A stretch of DNA of 64,000 nucleotides, from contig CAZPFI010000001.1 in assembly GCA_964585795.1 (NCBI GenBank), forward strand, positions 1,143 through 65,142, written 5' to 3'. The notes beneath the pieces are model-generated. The model ran no database searches. It had not been told where the DNA came from and was given only the letters and a program-made list of their open reading frames with translations. A program made the translations under genes and the position numbers. Shown here piece after piece: positions 7,770 through 17,004 of this stretch. Each line of letters begins with the position of its first letter. The stretch's first letter is position 1. The DNA is from an uncultured Muribaculaceae bacterium. Its GTDB lineage: Bacteria; Bacteroidota; Bacteroidia; Bacteroidales; UBA932.

Positions 7770-8162
7770 TTACATTTTTGAATTAATGGCTGCGGCAATC
7801 TCTGCCATCCTCTCAGGCGACAGCTTAAGTTTGGGTTTGTTGATATCCAAATCACTTTCCCTCTCCAGCGGAATGAGGTGTATGTGCGCGTGAGGTACCT
7901 CCATTCCAAGAACGGCTACACCTACCCTTTTACATGGTATAGCTTCCTTTATGGCTTTGGCAACCTTTTGTGCGAAAACGAACAGTGCGGCTAACTCATC
8001 CTTTTCCAGATCGAAGATATAGTCCTGTTCTCTTCTGGGAATAACAAGAGTGTGTCCCTCCTTAACCGGATTTATATCCAGAAAGGCATAGAATTTATCA
8101 TCCTCTGCCACTTTGTAGGATGGTATCTCTCCTGCTGCAATTTTAGAAAAAATTGAAGGCAT
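7770..8162 (-). CDS. HIT family hydrolase
   Basis: MPSIFSKIAAGEIP start, AFLDINP and the HAHIH histidine triad. Confidence 0.93.
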   Translation of the reverse strand: MPSIFSKIAAGEIPSYKVAEDDKFYAFLDINPVKEGHTLVIPRREQDYIFDLEKDELAALFVFAQKVAKAIKEAIPCKRVGVAVLGMEVPHAHIHLIPLERESDLDINKPKLKLSPERMAEIAAAINSKM

Positions 8163-8163
8163 A

Positions 8164-8637
8164 TTATTTTGAAATTTCCAGTATTTCGAATTTAAGAATC
8201 CCCGATGGTACGGTAACCTCAACAACTGCTCCTTTCTCCTTACCTATAAGTGCTTTTCCTATTGGTGTAGCAGCAGCAAGTTTGCCCTCTCTGAGGTTTG
8301 CCTCTGTCTCTCCTACAAGGGTATATTCCACGATAGAGTTATTGGTAAGATTTTTAAGCTTTACCCTGTTAAGAATTTGCACATGAGTTGTGTTTATGCG
8401 TGACTCATCGATAATCCTGGCATTGGCAATCATCTCTTCGAGTTTTGCAATTTTCATCTCAAGCAACCCCTGTGCCTCTTTTGCAGCGTCATATTCGGCA
8501 TTTTCCGAGAGGTCTCCCTTGTCTCTTGCCTCGGCTATCTGTCTGGAAATTGCAGGACGCTCCACGCTGGTAAGCTGATGATGCTCTGCTTTAAGCTTTT
8601 CTAATCCCTCCAGGGTTAAATAATGAATTTTTGACAT
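8164..8637 (-). CDS. greA: Transcription elongation factor GreA
   Basis: ARDKGDLSENAEYDAAK and TPIGKALIGK motifs. Confidence 0.97.
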   Translation of the reverse strand: MSKIHYLTLEGLEKLKAEHHQLTSVERPAISRQIAEARDKGDLSENAEYDAAKEAQGLLEMKIAKLEEMIANARIIDESRINTTHVQILNRVKLKNLTNNSIVEYTLVGETEANLREGKLAAATPIGKALIGKEKGAVVEVTVPSGILKFEILEISK

Positions 8638-8644
8638 AATACAG

Positions 8645-8679
8645 AAAATTAAAAAGAATCCTGCAATACAGGACTCTTT
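8645..8679 (-). terminator. Intrinsic terminator-like hairpin immediately upstream of greA
   Basis: Minus strand reads AAAGAGTCCTG-TATTG-CAGGATTCTTT-TTAATTTT. The internal G.U pair forms only on the minus strand. Confidence 0.7.
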
Positions 8680-8683
8680 GAGA

Positions 8684-8691
8684 CAAAGTTA
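8684..8691 (-). promoter_or_regulatory. -7 promoter element for greA
   Basis: TAACTTTG on the minus strand. Confidence 0.6.
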
Positions 8692-8717
8692 TATAAATAT
8701 TCTTTAATAAAAAAATC

Positions 8718-9209
8718 CTACTCTTCGAATTTGGGTTTTGCCAGTTGCGAATAGATTATAAAAAGTCTTTGATCGAAATCTTCTCCTGCCACTGTATGTT
8801 TGTGATCTTTTTCGGCTGTTCCTTCAAAATCGGATATCTCTTTGCTTATGTATAAATCTCCGGTGACATCAATCTGTTCGCTTTGCGCCCGTTGGTCTGT
8901 ATCAAGAGGTTGGAAAGTGTATTCCGGAGTCTCGGGAGGAAGAGTGTCCAGGGGATTATCTGCTGTATCAAGTGCCGGAAGATAAGGATCTTGCTCGTCA
9001 TCCTCAAAAATTGTTGTGCTGCTTCCAAAAAGTGACTCCAGGTCTCTCCTCAGCTCTTCCCTGGGATCGCGCTGTACCTGAGGTGATATATCCGGATTGT
9101 CACTCCGGTTTTGCCTTTGCCTCTGCATCTCCTTCTTCTTTTTTTCACCAAAAACCTGGAAGGCGATTACTGCAATCGCTATCAAAATTGTTATTATTGT
9201 AGAGTCCAT
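8718..9209 (-). CDS. Hypothetical membrane-anchored acidic protein
   Basis: N-terminal TM helix, low-complexity acidic/Pro-rich middle and a C-terminal IIYSQLAKPKF motif. Lies 1 bp after ribF. Confidence 0.75.
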   Translation of the reverse strand: MDSTIITILIAIAVIAFQVFGEKKKKEMQRQRQNRSDNPDISPQVQRDPREELRRDLESLFGSSTTIFEDDEQDPYLPALDTADNPLDTLPPETPEYTFQPLDTDQRAQSEQIDVTGDLYISKEISDFEGTAEKDHKHTVAGEDFDQRLFIIYSQLAKPKFEE

Positions 9210-9210
9210 A

Positions 9211-10188
9211 TTATCTTAGTTTTGTCTCCTGCTGACGAAGAAATTTAAAAGAGTTCTCCCTGTCCTTGTGAAGTTGAATCTTTAGCTCTTCCAAAGATGA
9301 GAATTTTTGTTCATTTCTCAACCTTCCGGCAAACTCAATTTTTAGAGGGAGACCATAAATATCCTCATCAAACTCCAGCAGATGCGTCTCTATTGTTTTA
9401 TCATTCCCGAATGATACTGTAGGTCTGGTTCCAATATTGGTTATACCCCTGTAAACCCTCCCGGACGACTCTGCCCAGACAGCATATACGCCATCCTCCG
9501 GAAGCAACTTTAAAGGTTCGTAAAGCATTATGTTTGCCGTAGGAAAGCCAATTGTCCTCCCTATCCTCTGACCCTCCACAACCACACCTTCCAAACCGTA
9601 TCTGTATCCCAGCATAAGGTTTGCTACCCCTATATTGCCGCTTATGATACACTCCCTTATCTTGGTTGAACTTATCTTTGACGGAGAGGATGAAACTACA
9701 AGATTGTCGGCACAAACCGGCTCCGGCTCTTTCAATTGGGAGTAATCTACATCCTTATCTCCAAACTGCTCGACCCTTACAGGTGTAAGCCCCTTTATTC
9801 TGGCTATACGGAACATCTCCTCCTGGGTCTGGTTAAGGTCGCTGCCCATTCTGTGATCGTAACCTACCACCAGAGTGGTTACCGAGTACCTCTTTATGAG
9901 GTAGTCTCTGAAAAACTGTTCGGTTGTCTGTTTTGCAAACTCCCTGTCGAACGGAATAACATGAATGTCATCAATGCCTATGGATTTAATCAGTTTCTGC
10001 TTCTCCTCAAAGGAGTTAAGAAGCCGGAATCTTACTGCATCCTTTTGCAGAACTGCCCTTGGGTGCGGCCAGAATGTAATTACAGCAGATTTGCGACCCT
10101 GCTCGTTAGCAAGCTGGCACACCTTCTCCAGAACAGCTCTGTGACCGAGATGAACACCATCAAAAAATCCTGTACACGCTACAACCAT
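9211..10188 (-). CDS. ribF: Bifunctional riboflavin kinase/FAD synthetase
   Basis: GFFDGVHLGH, ISSTKIR, GRTIGFPTAN, NIGTRPT and IETHL motifs. Confidence 0.96.
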   Translation of the reverse strand: MVVACTGFFDGVHLGHRAVLEKVCQLANEQGRKSAVITFWPHPRAVLQKDAVRFRLLNSFEEKQKLIKSIGIDDIHVIPFDREFAKQTTEQFFRDYLIKRYSVTTLVVGYDHRMGSDLNQTQEEMFRIARIKGLTPVRVEQFGDKDVDYSQLKEPEPVCADNLVVSSSPSKISSTKIRECIISGNIGVANLMLGYRYGLEGVVVEGQRIGRTIGFPTANIMLYEPLKLLPEDGVYAVWAESSGRVYRGITNIGTRPTVSFGNDKTIETHLLEFDEDIYGLPLKIEFAGRLRNEQKFSSLEELKIQLHKDRENSFKFLRQQETKLR

Positions 10189-13100
10189 TTTACTAAATCA
10201 AAATCTTGCCGGTGAGGTAATTCAGGGTGTTTTGCAAATATCCTTCCCGCAATATTGAATACTCCTGCAGTCTCTGCAAGCAAAACACAGCTGTATTTGG
10301 CTATTCCCGAATCAAATTCATCCAGTTGATACTCTATTTTCTTAATTATCTTGGGACTGTCATGCAATCCGTTTGCTGTTACCACCATCTCAACTCCAAT
10401 CTCATGCGGACTGAGGTCACCTGTTGCAACATGAACGGTACAGTCATATTTATCACCAACCATAATGCTGCCTCTGAGGTTGTCGGGTTTATCTGAATAT
10501 ATCACCTCAACATAGGGCCACTCTTTTCTTACACGCTTCTTCCACAATGCAATCTCCCTTGCCAGAGCATAATCATCAGCTGTAATTCTTATGTTTCTCT
10601 CTCTGAGTTTTATATAAAACTTGTTTATATAATCATTGAGCATCCTGTTTGTTGTAAAGTTTCCGGCAACTCTGGCTATACAGTTTTTCACAACATTAAT
10701 CCATCCCAAAGGTAACATTTGCTTTGGATCTGTCTTATAATAGAGGGGTACTATTTCATTTTCGAGGATATTATATATTGTGGCAGCATCAAATTCATTC
10801 TGATAATCTGCATTATCGTAGCTGTTCTCCATAGGGAGTGCCCACCCTGCCCCTTCGCTGTATCCTTCCACCCACCAGCCGTCAAGTACCGAGAAGTGCA
10901 TAACTCCGTTCATTGCTGCCTTCTCTCCGCTGGTACCGGAGGCCTCCAAAGGTCTTGCAGGAGTATTGAGCCATATATCAACCCCCTGAACCAAATATTT
11001 TGCAATGGTCATATCATAGCCCGGCACAAAGATTATCTTTCCGGTAAACTGAGGCATTTTCGACACCTCAACAATCCTTTTTATAAGGTCCTGGCCTGCC
11101 TTATCGGCCGGGTGTGCTTTACCGGCAAAGATAAACTGCACTGGGCAGGATAAATTGTTAACTATCTGAGATAATCTTTCGAGGTTGGTAAACAACAGGT
11201 GCGCTCTTTTGTAGGTGGCAAATCTTCTTGCAAATCCAATGGTAAGGACATCATCGCGCAGTGCTTCTTTTATTTTAAGTAACTCTGCAGGAGTATAGTG
11301 TGCTGTTGCAGATGTACCCGAAAGGCAATCTCTTACCTGTTTGATAAGTTTGGCTCTCAGTTTGTTTCTGACATACCATATTGTACTGCTGTCCACATTG
11401 TAGATACCGTTAAAACAGCTCTTATCGTACCTGTGTTGTTTGAACTCTTCACCAAAAACCTGTGAATGTATCTCTTTCCACTCTTTTGCTGTCCATGTGG
11501 GATAGTGAACTCCGTTTGTGACATAGTCGACATGCAACTCCTGGGGAAGATAGCCCGGCCATAGCGGTGAGAGTATCTCGCGACTCACTTTCCCGTGCAG
11601 CATGCTCACTCCGTTAACCTCCTGAGCAAGATTCGCAGCCAGATTGCTCATAGAAAATTTCTCACCTGAATCTGACGGATCTATTTTACCGAGTGATACC
11701 AGAACCTCCCAGTTAATCTTTAATCTTTGGGGATAGTGAGACATATACCCTCTAAGAAGCTCTTCATGAAAAGAGTCGTGCCCTGCAGGTACCGGGGTGT
11801 GGGTTGTGTACAGAGATGATGATTTTACAACCTCCATTGCCTCAGCAAATGATAAATTCTGCTCTGTAACATACTCTCTGAGTCTCTCCAGACCGGCAAA
11901 GGCAGCATGACCCTCATTAATGTGATAAACATCGGCCTGCACTCCAAGAACTCTCAATGCCCTCACCCCTCCTATCCCCAGAAGAATCTCCTGCTTAAGC
12001 CGGTTTTCCCAGTTTCCGCCATATAGGTGATGGGTAACAGACCTGTCTTCGGGGATGTTATCCTCAAAATCGGTATCCAGCAGAATTAGCTGCCTCCTTC
12101 CTGCCTCAACCCTCCACAATCTTGCAGAAAGGTTTCTTCCGGGTAAGGCAACAGTTACTGTTAGCCATGTTCCCTGATTGTCTCTTACAGGTGTTACCGG
12201 CATTTTTGTAAAATCCTGATGTTCGTAGTGGGCAACCTGATCGCCCTGTGCAGACAGTTTCTGTGTAAAGTAACCATACCTGTACAGTAGCCCCACAGCT
12301 GTCATGGGAACTCTCATGTCACTTGCCTCTTTAAGGTAATCTCCGGCTAATACTCCCAGCCCTCCCGAGTATGTTTTGAGTGATTTATCCAAACCGTACT
12401 CCATACTGAAATAGGCAATACGCGGTAAAGCTTCATCATCTTTCTCCTGAATATATCTGTTGAACTGTTCATAAACCTTATCCAGCTTTTCAAGAAAAAG
12501 CGTGTCTGTCTCCAGTTCGTGATATCTTTTTAGAGAGAGCATATTAAGCATGGCAATGGGGTTTCCATCCGACTCTCTCCACAGCTCTTTATCAACCATT
12601 TCAAACAGATCGGATGCTTGGTTGTTCCAACACCACCACAGATTATGAGACAGTGTCTCAAGAGGTGCCAGACGCCGGGGAAGATGTTTTTCTACCAGTA
12701 TCCGGCTCCAGGACGGTCTGTTGGCAACATCTCTTTTGAAGCTTATGTGGTCTCTATCGTCCTGGCTCACCGGAAATGCACCTCTGCTCTCAACAACCCT
12801 GGCAATTGCCATTGTGTATGCCTGCTTATAATACACTATTAGATTATCCCATAGAGCTATAGAGGATATCTCCCTTGCTTTCTCATTAATGGCTGCTCTC
12901 TCCTCCTTGGTTGTTTGCGATACTGTTAGCATCTTCTGAAAAACTCTGCCGGTTACATCTTTATAGTTGTTATCTGTTCGGTCAACAACTTCAATTGCAT
13001 GGCTGTAATCACGGGAGTGTTCTCTTACCCATAACCCAAAACCTGCTAATGAGGTTGTTAAGGTGGGAACCCCGAAAGCAATACTCTCCAGAGGTGTATA

Positions 13101-14417
13101 ACCCCACGGTTCGTAATAGGAAGGAAACAGTGTAAGATCGAGACCGCACAGTAAAGAGTAGTAACTTAAGTTAAATATTCCGTCATCTCCATTGAGGTAA
13201 GAGGGGACAAACAGAACCTTAACTTTGTCACTCTTTTTGTTCAACAGATACAACTCCTGTATCCTCCTCATTACAGGGTCATAGGAGGGTTCATTCAGGT
13301 TATGTGTAGTGTGCGTGGTATAATCGCCTCCGCTCTCAAATTTGTTTTGTAACATTTTATCAGGACCACTTTCAGATGCGGGAACAAAAATCCAGGCAAT
13401 AATCTCTCTCTCAAGCTCCTTGCAGTTATTTAAGGAGTATAGCGCATCGAGAAATATATCAATCCCTTTGTTTTTGTACTCATACCTGCCGCTGATTGCA
13501 AACATCAGGGCATTCTCGTTTACCTCACTGTTAGTCATTGCTCCGGCTACCTCCCTGAGTCTCTTCCTTGCGGTTTTCACACATATTTTGTGTTCGGTTG
13601 CTTTTGGCGTAAAGCTGTTTTCAAACCCGTTGGGAGTTATAACATCCACTTTTCTGCCCAAAAAATGGGCACACTCTTTTGCTGTAATCTCCGAAACAGT
13701 GGTAAAAATATCTGCAGTATTTGCGGATATCTTCTCAAGAGAGTGTTGAGATACAATATTAAACTCCTGTGCCTTCTGTTCGGGTGAGTAGTGGTGCATG
13801 TTGTCGTAAAGAGGCAGGTTGTTCCCGGCCAAAGATCTTCCAACAACGGTTGCGTGAGTTGTGAAGACCGTTGCTACCGGAAGGTTTGTTGTTTTAAGGT
13901 ACAAAAGCCCCGCACCTGTCATCCACTCGTGAAACTGAGCAACTGCTTTCTGATGCGGTGAGAGGTTGAATTTTATGAAACTCTCTATTACTTTTCCCGT
14001 TGCATATCCAAAGAGTACACTCTGAGTGTAATCCCACTGTCCTGAGAGAGAGTCAAGCTTATAACTCTCCCAGAATCCTGCAAAGATCTGATCTTTTTTG
14101 GGCAGATAGAGACTGTAATCGACAAGTATGGCCACAGGGCTGCCGGAAACATTCCATCTTCCCACCCTGATTCTTAATCCCTCCTCTGCTGCCTGCACTC
14201 TCCACCCTTTCAACAGCTGACTATCCTCTGTAAATTCGGGATTCTGACGGGTCTCTCTCCACACATCGGGGCCAATTAAAATATGTCTGTTCTGAAGCTC
14301 TTTTGACATATTCAGGGCCTTGGTTGCAATTACTGTATGAATACCTCCTACCTTATTACACACCTCCCAGCTAACCTCAAACAGGTAATCGGGTAAAACA
14401 TAGTTATTTTGTGACAT
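10179..14417 (-). CDS. glgP: Fused GT3 glycogen synthase and GT35 alpha-glucan phosphorylase
   Basis: N-half: FEVSWEVCNKVGGIHTV and FPSYYEPWGYTPLE (GT3). C-half: AYFSMEYG, YSGGLGVLAGD, GFARRFATYKR and EASGTSGEK (PLP lysine). Confidence 0.93.
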   Translation of the reverse strand: MSQNNYVLPDYLFEVSWEVCNKVGGIHTVIATKALNMSKELQNRHILIGPDVWRETRQNPEFTEDSQLLKGWRVQAAEEGLRIRVGRWNVSGSPVAILVDYSLYLPKKDQIFAGFWESYKLDSLSGQWDYTQSVLFGYATGKVIESFIKFNLSPHQKAVAQFHEWMTGAGLLYLKTTNLPVATVFTTHATVVGRSLAGNNLPLYDNMHHYSPEQKAQEFNIVSQHSLEKISANTADIFTTVSEITAKECAHFLGRKVDVITPNGFENSFTPKATEHKICVKTARKRLREVAGAMTNSEVNENALMFAISGRYEYKNKGIDIFLDALYSLNNCKELEREIIAWIFVPASESGPDKMLQNKFESGGDYTTHTTHNLNEPSYDPVMRRIQELYLLNKKSDKVKVLFVPSYLNGDDGIFNLSYYSLLCGLDLTLFPSYYEPWGYTPLESIAFGVPTLTTSLAGFGLWVREHSRDYSHAIEVVDRTDNNYKDVTGRVFQKMLTVSQTTKEERAAINEKAREISSIALWDNLIVYYKQAYTMAIARVVESRGAFPVSQDDRDHISFKRDVANRPSWSRILVEKHLPRRLAPLETLSHNLWWCWNNQASDLFEMVDKELWRESDGNPIAMLNMLSLKRYHELETDTLFLEKLDKVYEQFNRYIQEKDDEALPRIAYFSMEYGLDKSLKTYSGGLGVLAGDYLKEASDMRVPMTAVGLLYRYGYFTQKLSAQGDQVAHYEHQDFTKMPVTPVRDNQGTWLTVTVALPGRNLSARLWRVEAGRRQLILLDTDFEDNIPEDRSVTHHLYGGNWENRLKQEILLGIGGVRALRVLGVQADVYHINEGHAAFAGLERLREYVTEQNLSFAEAMEVVKSSSLYTTHTPVPAGHDSFHEELLRGYMSHYPQRLKINWEVLVSLGKIDPSDSGEKFSMSNLAANLAQEVNGVSMLHGKVSREILSPLWPGYLPQELHVDYVTNGVHYPTWTAKEWKEIHSQVFGEEFKQHRYDKSCFNGIYNVDSSTIWYVRNKLRAKLIKQVRDCLSGTSATAHYTPAELLKIKEALRDDVLTIGFARRFATYKRAHLLFTNLERLSQIVNNLSCPVQFIFAGKAHPADKAGQDLIKRIVEVSKMPQFTGKIIFVPGYDMTIAKYLVQGVDIWLNTPARPLEASGTSGEKAAMNGVMHFSVLDGWWVEGYSEGAGWALPMENSYDNADYQNEFDAATIYNILENEIVPLYYKTDPKQMLPLGWINVVKNCIARVAGNFTTNRMLNDYINKFYIKLRERNIRITADDYALAREIALWKKRVRKEWPYVEVIYSDKPDNLRGSIMVGDKYDCTVHVATGDLSPHEIGVEMVVTANGLHDSPKIIKKIEYQLDEFDSGIAKYSCVLLAETAGVFNIAGRIFAKHPELPHRQDFDLVKWL

Positions 14418-14419
14418 CT

Positions 14420-15697
14420 CTATTTTTTGGATTTTTCTTTATTGGTAATTTTTTTCTTTGGCTTTTTGGCTGCTGCAATTATCGTTCCCCTATTGTCCGG
14501 CCGCTCTTTTACTGCTGTGTCAACCCTTAAAAGAAAATCACTTACCACATTCATGTAGTTAATAAACGCTTCGTATGGAGTTTCGTATGGGTTAAAATAC
14601 TTATGAACTGCCCCGTCGGAGAAGAATTTTGTACACATGTAGTAGAAATGATCACTCTCCTGAAGTTTCCTGAAATCGTCCAGCAGATTCTTATCATTTG
14701 CTGCCATAACTTTATCAAAAGCAGAGTAGAGCTTACCGAAAGCTTCATTCTGCAACTCGTTTCCCAACCATGCACTGGTATCTCTCTCTTCGTCTGCCCA
14801 CGATATGGGGAAAGGTACATGAAGAGGGGCTACCGGCTGATGTTCCCGGCAAATCTCAGTTGGAGTTGAGAACTTTATACTGCTGTTTCTGAATACCTCT
14901 TCGGGTAAATGTCTCAAAAAATGGAAAATACCTGTAGATTCTCTCTGGTGCTCTCCAAAAGTTTCGTAGTCCATAAACAGATTAAGAATATCGTCTTTGT
15001 GCAGTGTACTCCTAATCCATTCTACATATTTGCCTGCAGTGAGAGGCCAGTTGCTCCAACCCCTGTCAGAGAACCTGAACGCAATGTCGTCACTGAGGTT
15101 GAAGTTTTTAAGAAGAAGCTTAAGCTTGGGATTAATGGCATTTGTATAGAGATAATTTGGACTCTTCCATCCCAATACATGTTTAGCACCCTCTGTGAGC
15201 ATCGCCTTGTATCCCATATCGGCAACAATACTGCCTATGGAATCGGAGTAGATAAGCTCGGTATTTCTGAAAACACGGGGTTTAATGCCAAAAAGTTCTT
15301 CAATTATCTGTGAGTGGAGTTTCACCTGCTCTTTAAACTCTTCCTGGGAGATAAGTGAAGCGAGTGAATGCGAGTAAGTCTCGGCAAGAAATTCAACACA
15401 CCCGGTCTCTGCCAGCGATTTAAAACTGTCAATAACCTCGGGATAAAATTTTTGAAACTGCTCCAAAGCAGAGCCCGATATTGAGTATGTAACCCTGAAT
15501 TTGCCATTATGCATGTTAATGAGCTCTTTCATGAGACCATTTGCCGGAAGATAACACCTCTCTGCAATTCTTCTCATAATAGTTCTGTTTGCAAAATCGT
15601 CGTAATAGTAACTCTCCTTACCAATATCAAAGAATCTGTACAGTCTCAGACGGTGAGGTTGGTGTACCTGAAAATAGAAACATATCGTTTTTTCCAT
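14420..15697 (-). CDS. Glycoside hydrolase family 57 protein
   Basis: YFQVHQP, ETYSHSL, FRNTELIY, FMDYETFGEHQ and SWADEERD. Likely start is MEKTICF at 15697. Confidence 0.92.
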   Translation of the reverse strand: MEKTICFYFQVHQPHRLRLYRFFDIGKESYYYDDFANRTIMRRIAERCYLPANGLMKELINMHNGKFRVTYSISGSALEQFQKFYPEVIDSFKSLAETGCVEFLAETYSHSLASLISQEEFKEQVKLHSQIIEELFGIKPRVFRNTELIYSDSIGSIVADMGYKAMLTEGAKHVLGWKSPNYLYTNAINPKLKLLLKNFNLSDDIAFRFSDRGWSNWPLTAGKYVEWIRSTLHKDDILNLFMDYETFGEHQRESTGIFHFLRHLPEEVFRNSSIKFSTPTEICREHQPVAPLHVPFPISWADEERDTSAWLGNELQNEAFGKLYSAFDKVMAANDKNLLDDFRKLQESDHFYYMCTKFFSDGAVHKYFNPYETPYEAFINYMNVVSDFLLRVDTAVKERPDNRGTIIAAAKKPKKKITNKEKSKK

Positions 15698-15705
15698 ACG
15701 GTAGG

Positions 15706-16995
15706 TTATTTCTTGTTTAACAATAGACGGGTGTAAATCTCTTTTACGCTGTATGCAGCTGCATCCCACTTAAGTGAATTCACCTCCTCCAGCCCGTTCT
15801 TAATGGCGCTCTCCGAGAGTGCAGGGTATGACAATAGTGCATATATAGCGTCTGCCATTGCATCAATATCCCAGAAGTCTACTTTTATTGCGTGCTTTAA
15901 AACCTCGGCAACCCCGCTCTGCTTGGATATTATAACAGGAACATTCGATCTCATTGCCTCTAGCGGTGATATTCCAAACGGTTCCGATACAGAGGGCATA
16001 ACATAAACATCGGAATAGGCGAACATCTCCTTAACCTCTGCACCTTTGAGAAAGCCGGTAAAATGAAACCTGTCCGAAATGCCAAGTTTGGCAACATGTC
16101 TTATACATCTGTTAAGAAGATCGCCGCTTCCTGCCATTACAAAGCGAACTTTTGGGTAGCTTTTTATAACTTTCTTTGCTGCTTCTATGAAGTATTCCGG
16201 ACCTTTCTGATAAGTAATCCTCCCTAAAAATGTGACAATTTTTTCGGGCAGGGCTCTTTCAACATCCAGGTTAACAAAGCCTTGAAAATCAACTGCATTG
16301 TGAACAGTTATTACTTTATCGGGATGTATGCCGTATTTATTTATCACAATGTTTCTGGTAAGATGACTAACAGCAATTACTGCATCTGCCTCTTTCATGC
16401 CCAGTCTCTCAATATCGTAAACCTCTGTGTTGATATTGCTGCCGCTTCTGTCAAACTCGGTGGCGTGCATATGTACAACCAGAGGTTTGCCGCTTATTCT
16501 TTTTGCAGCAATTCCTGCCAGGTATGTAAGCCAGTCGTGTGCATGTATGATGTCAAAGTCATATCTCAGAGCAATCTCTCCGGCAACAAGTGCATAGCGG
16601 GCAACCTCTTCCATAAGATTTGTACCATACTTACCCGAAAATTTAAATTTCTGGCCAAACCCCATTTTATAATCCTCAATCTGCCCCTCCTGCAGGTGTG
16701 ACATCATCTCGGTAAACTCTTTGGGATGGACATACGGAATCATATTCGATCCTATTCTTATGAATTGTACGTTCTCCAAAAAACTCCTCACATCGGAACA
16801 GCTTTCCGACACCTCTATATCACTGGCATTAATGATATTGATTGCACTGGTGTCCTCCTCTCCGGTAGCCGAAGGCATTACAAACAGAACCTCTGTACTG
16901 TTGTTAATCAACCCTTTAGTGAGACCGTAACATGCTGTTCCCAATCCTCCTGAGATATGGGGCGGAAACTCCCAACCAAACATTAATACTTTCAT
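15706..16995 (-). CDS. Glycosyltransferase family 4 (glycogen cluster)
   Basis: MFGWEFPPHISGGLG, HAHDW, GRITYQKG and PSVSEPFGISPLEAM. Confidence 0.93.
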   Translation of the reverse strand: MKVLMFGWEFPPHISGGLGTACYGLTKGLINNSTEVLFVMPSATGEEDTSAINIINASDIEVSESCSDVRSFLENVQFIRIGSNMIPYVHPKEFTEMMSHLQEGQIEDYKMGFGQKFKFSGKYGTNLMEEVARYALVAGEIALRYDFDIIHAHDWLTYLAGIAAKRISGKPLVVHMHATEFDRSGSNINTEVYDIERLGMKEADAVIAVSHLTRNIVINKYGIHPDKVITVHNAVDFQGFVNLDVERALPEKIVTFLGRITYQKGPEYFIEAAKKVIKSYPKVRFVMAGSGDLLNRCIRHVAKLGISDRFHFTGFLKGAEVKEMFAYSDVYVMPSVSEPFGISPLEAMRSNVPVIISKQSGVAEVLKHAIKVDFWDIDAMADAIYALLSYPALSESAIKNGLEEVNSLKWDAAAYSVKEIYTRLLLNKK

Positions 16996-17004
16996 ACAAT
17001 TCCT

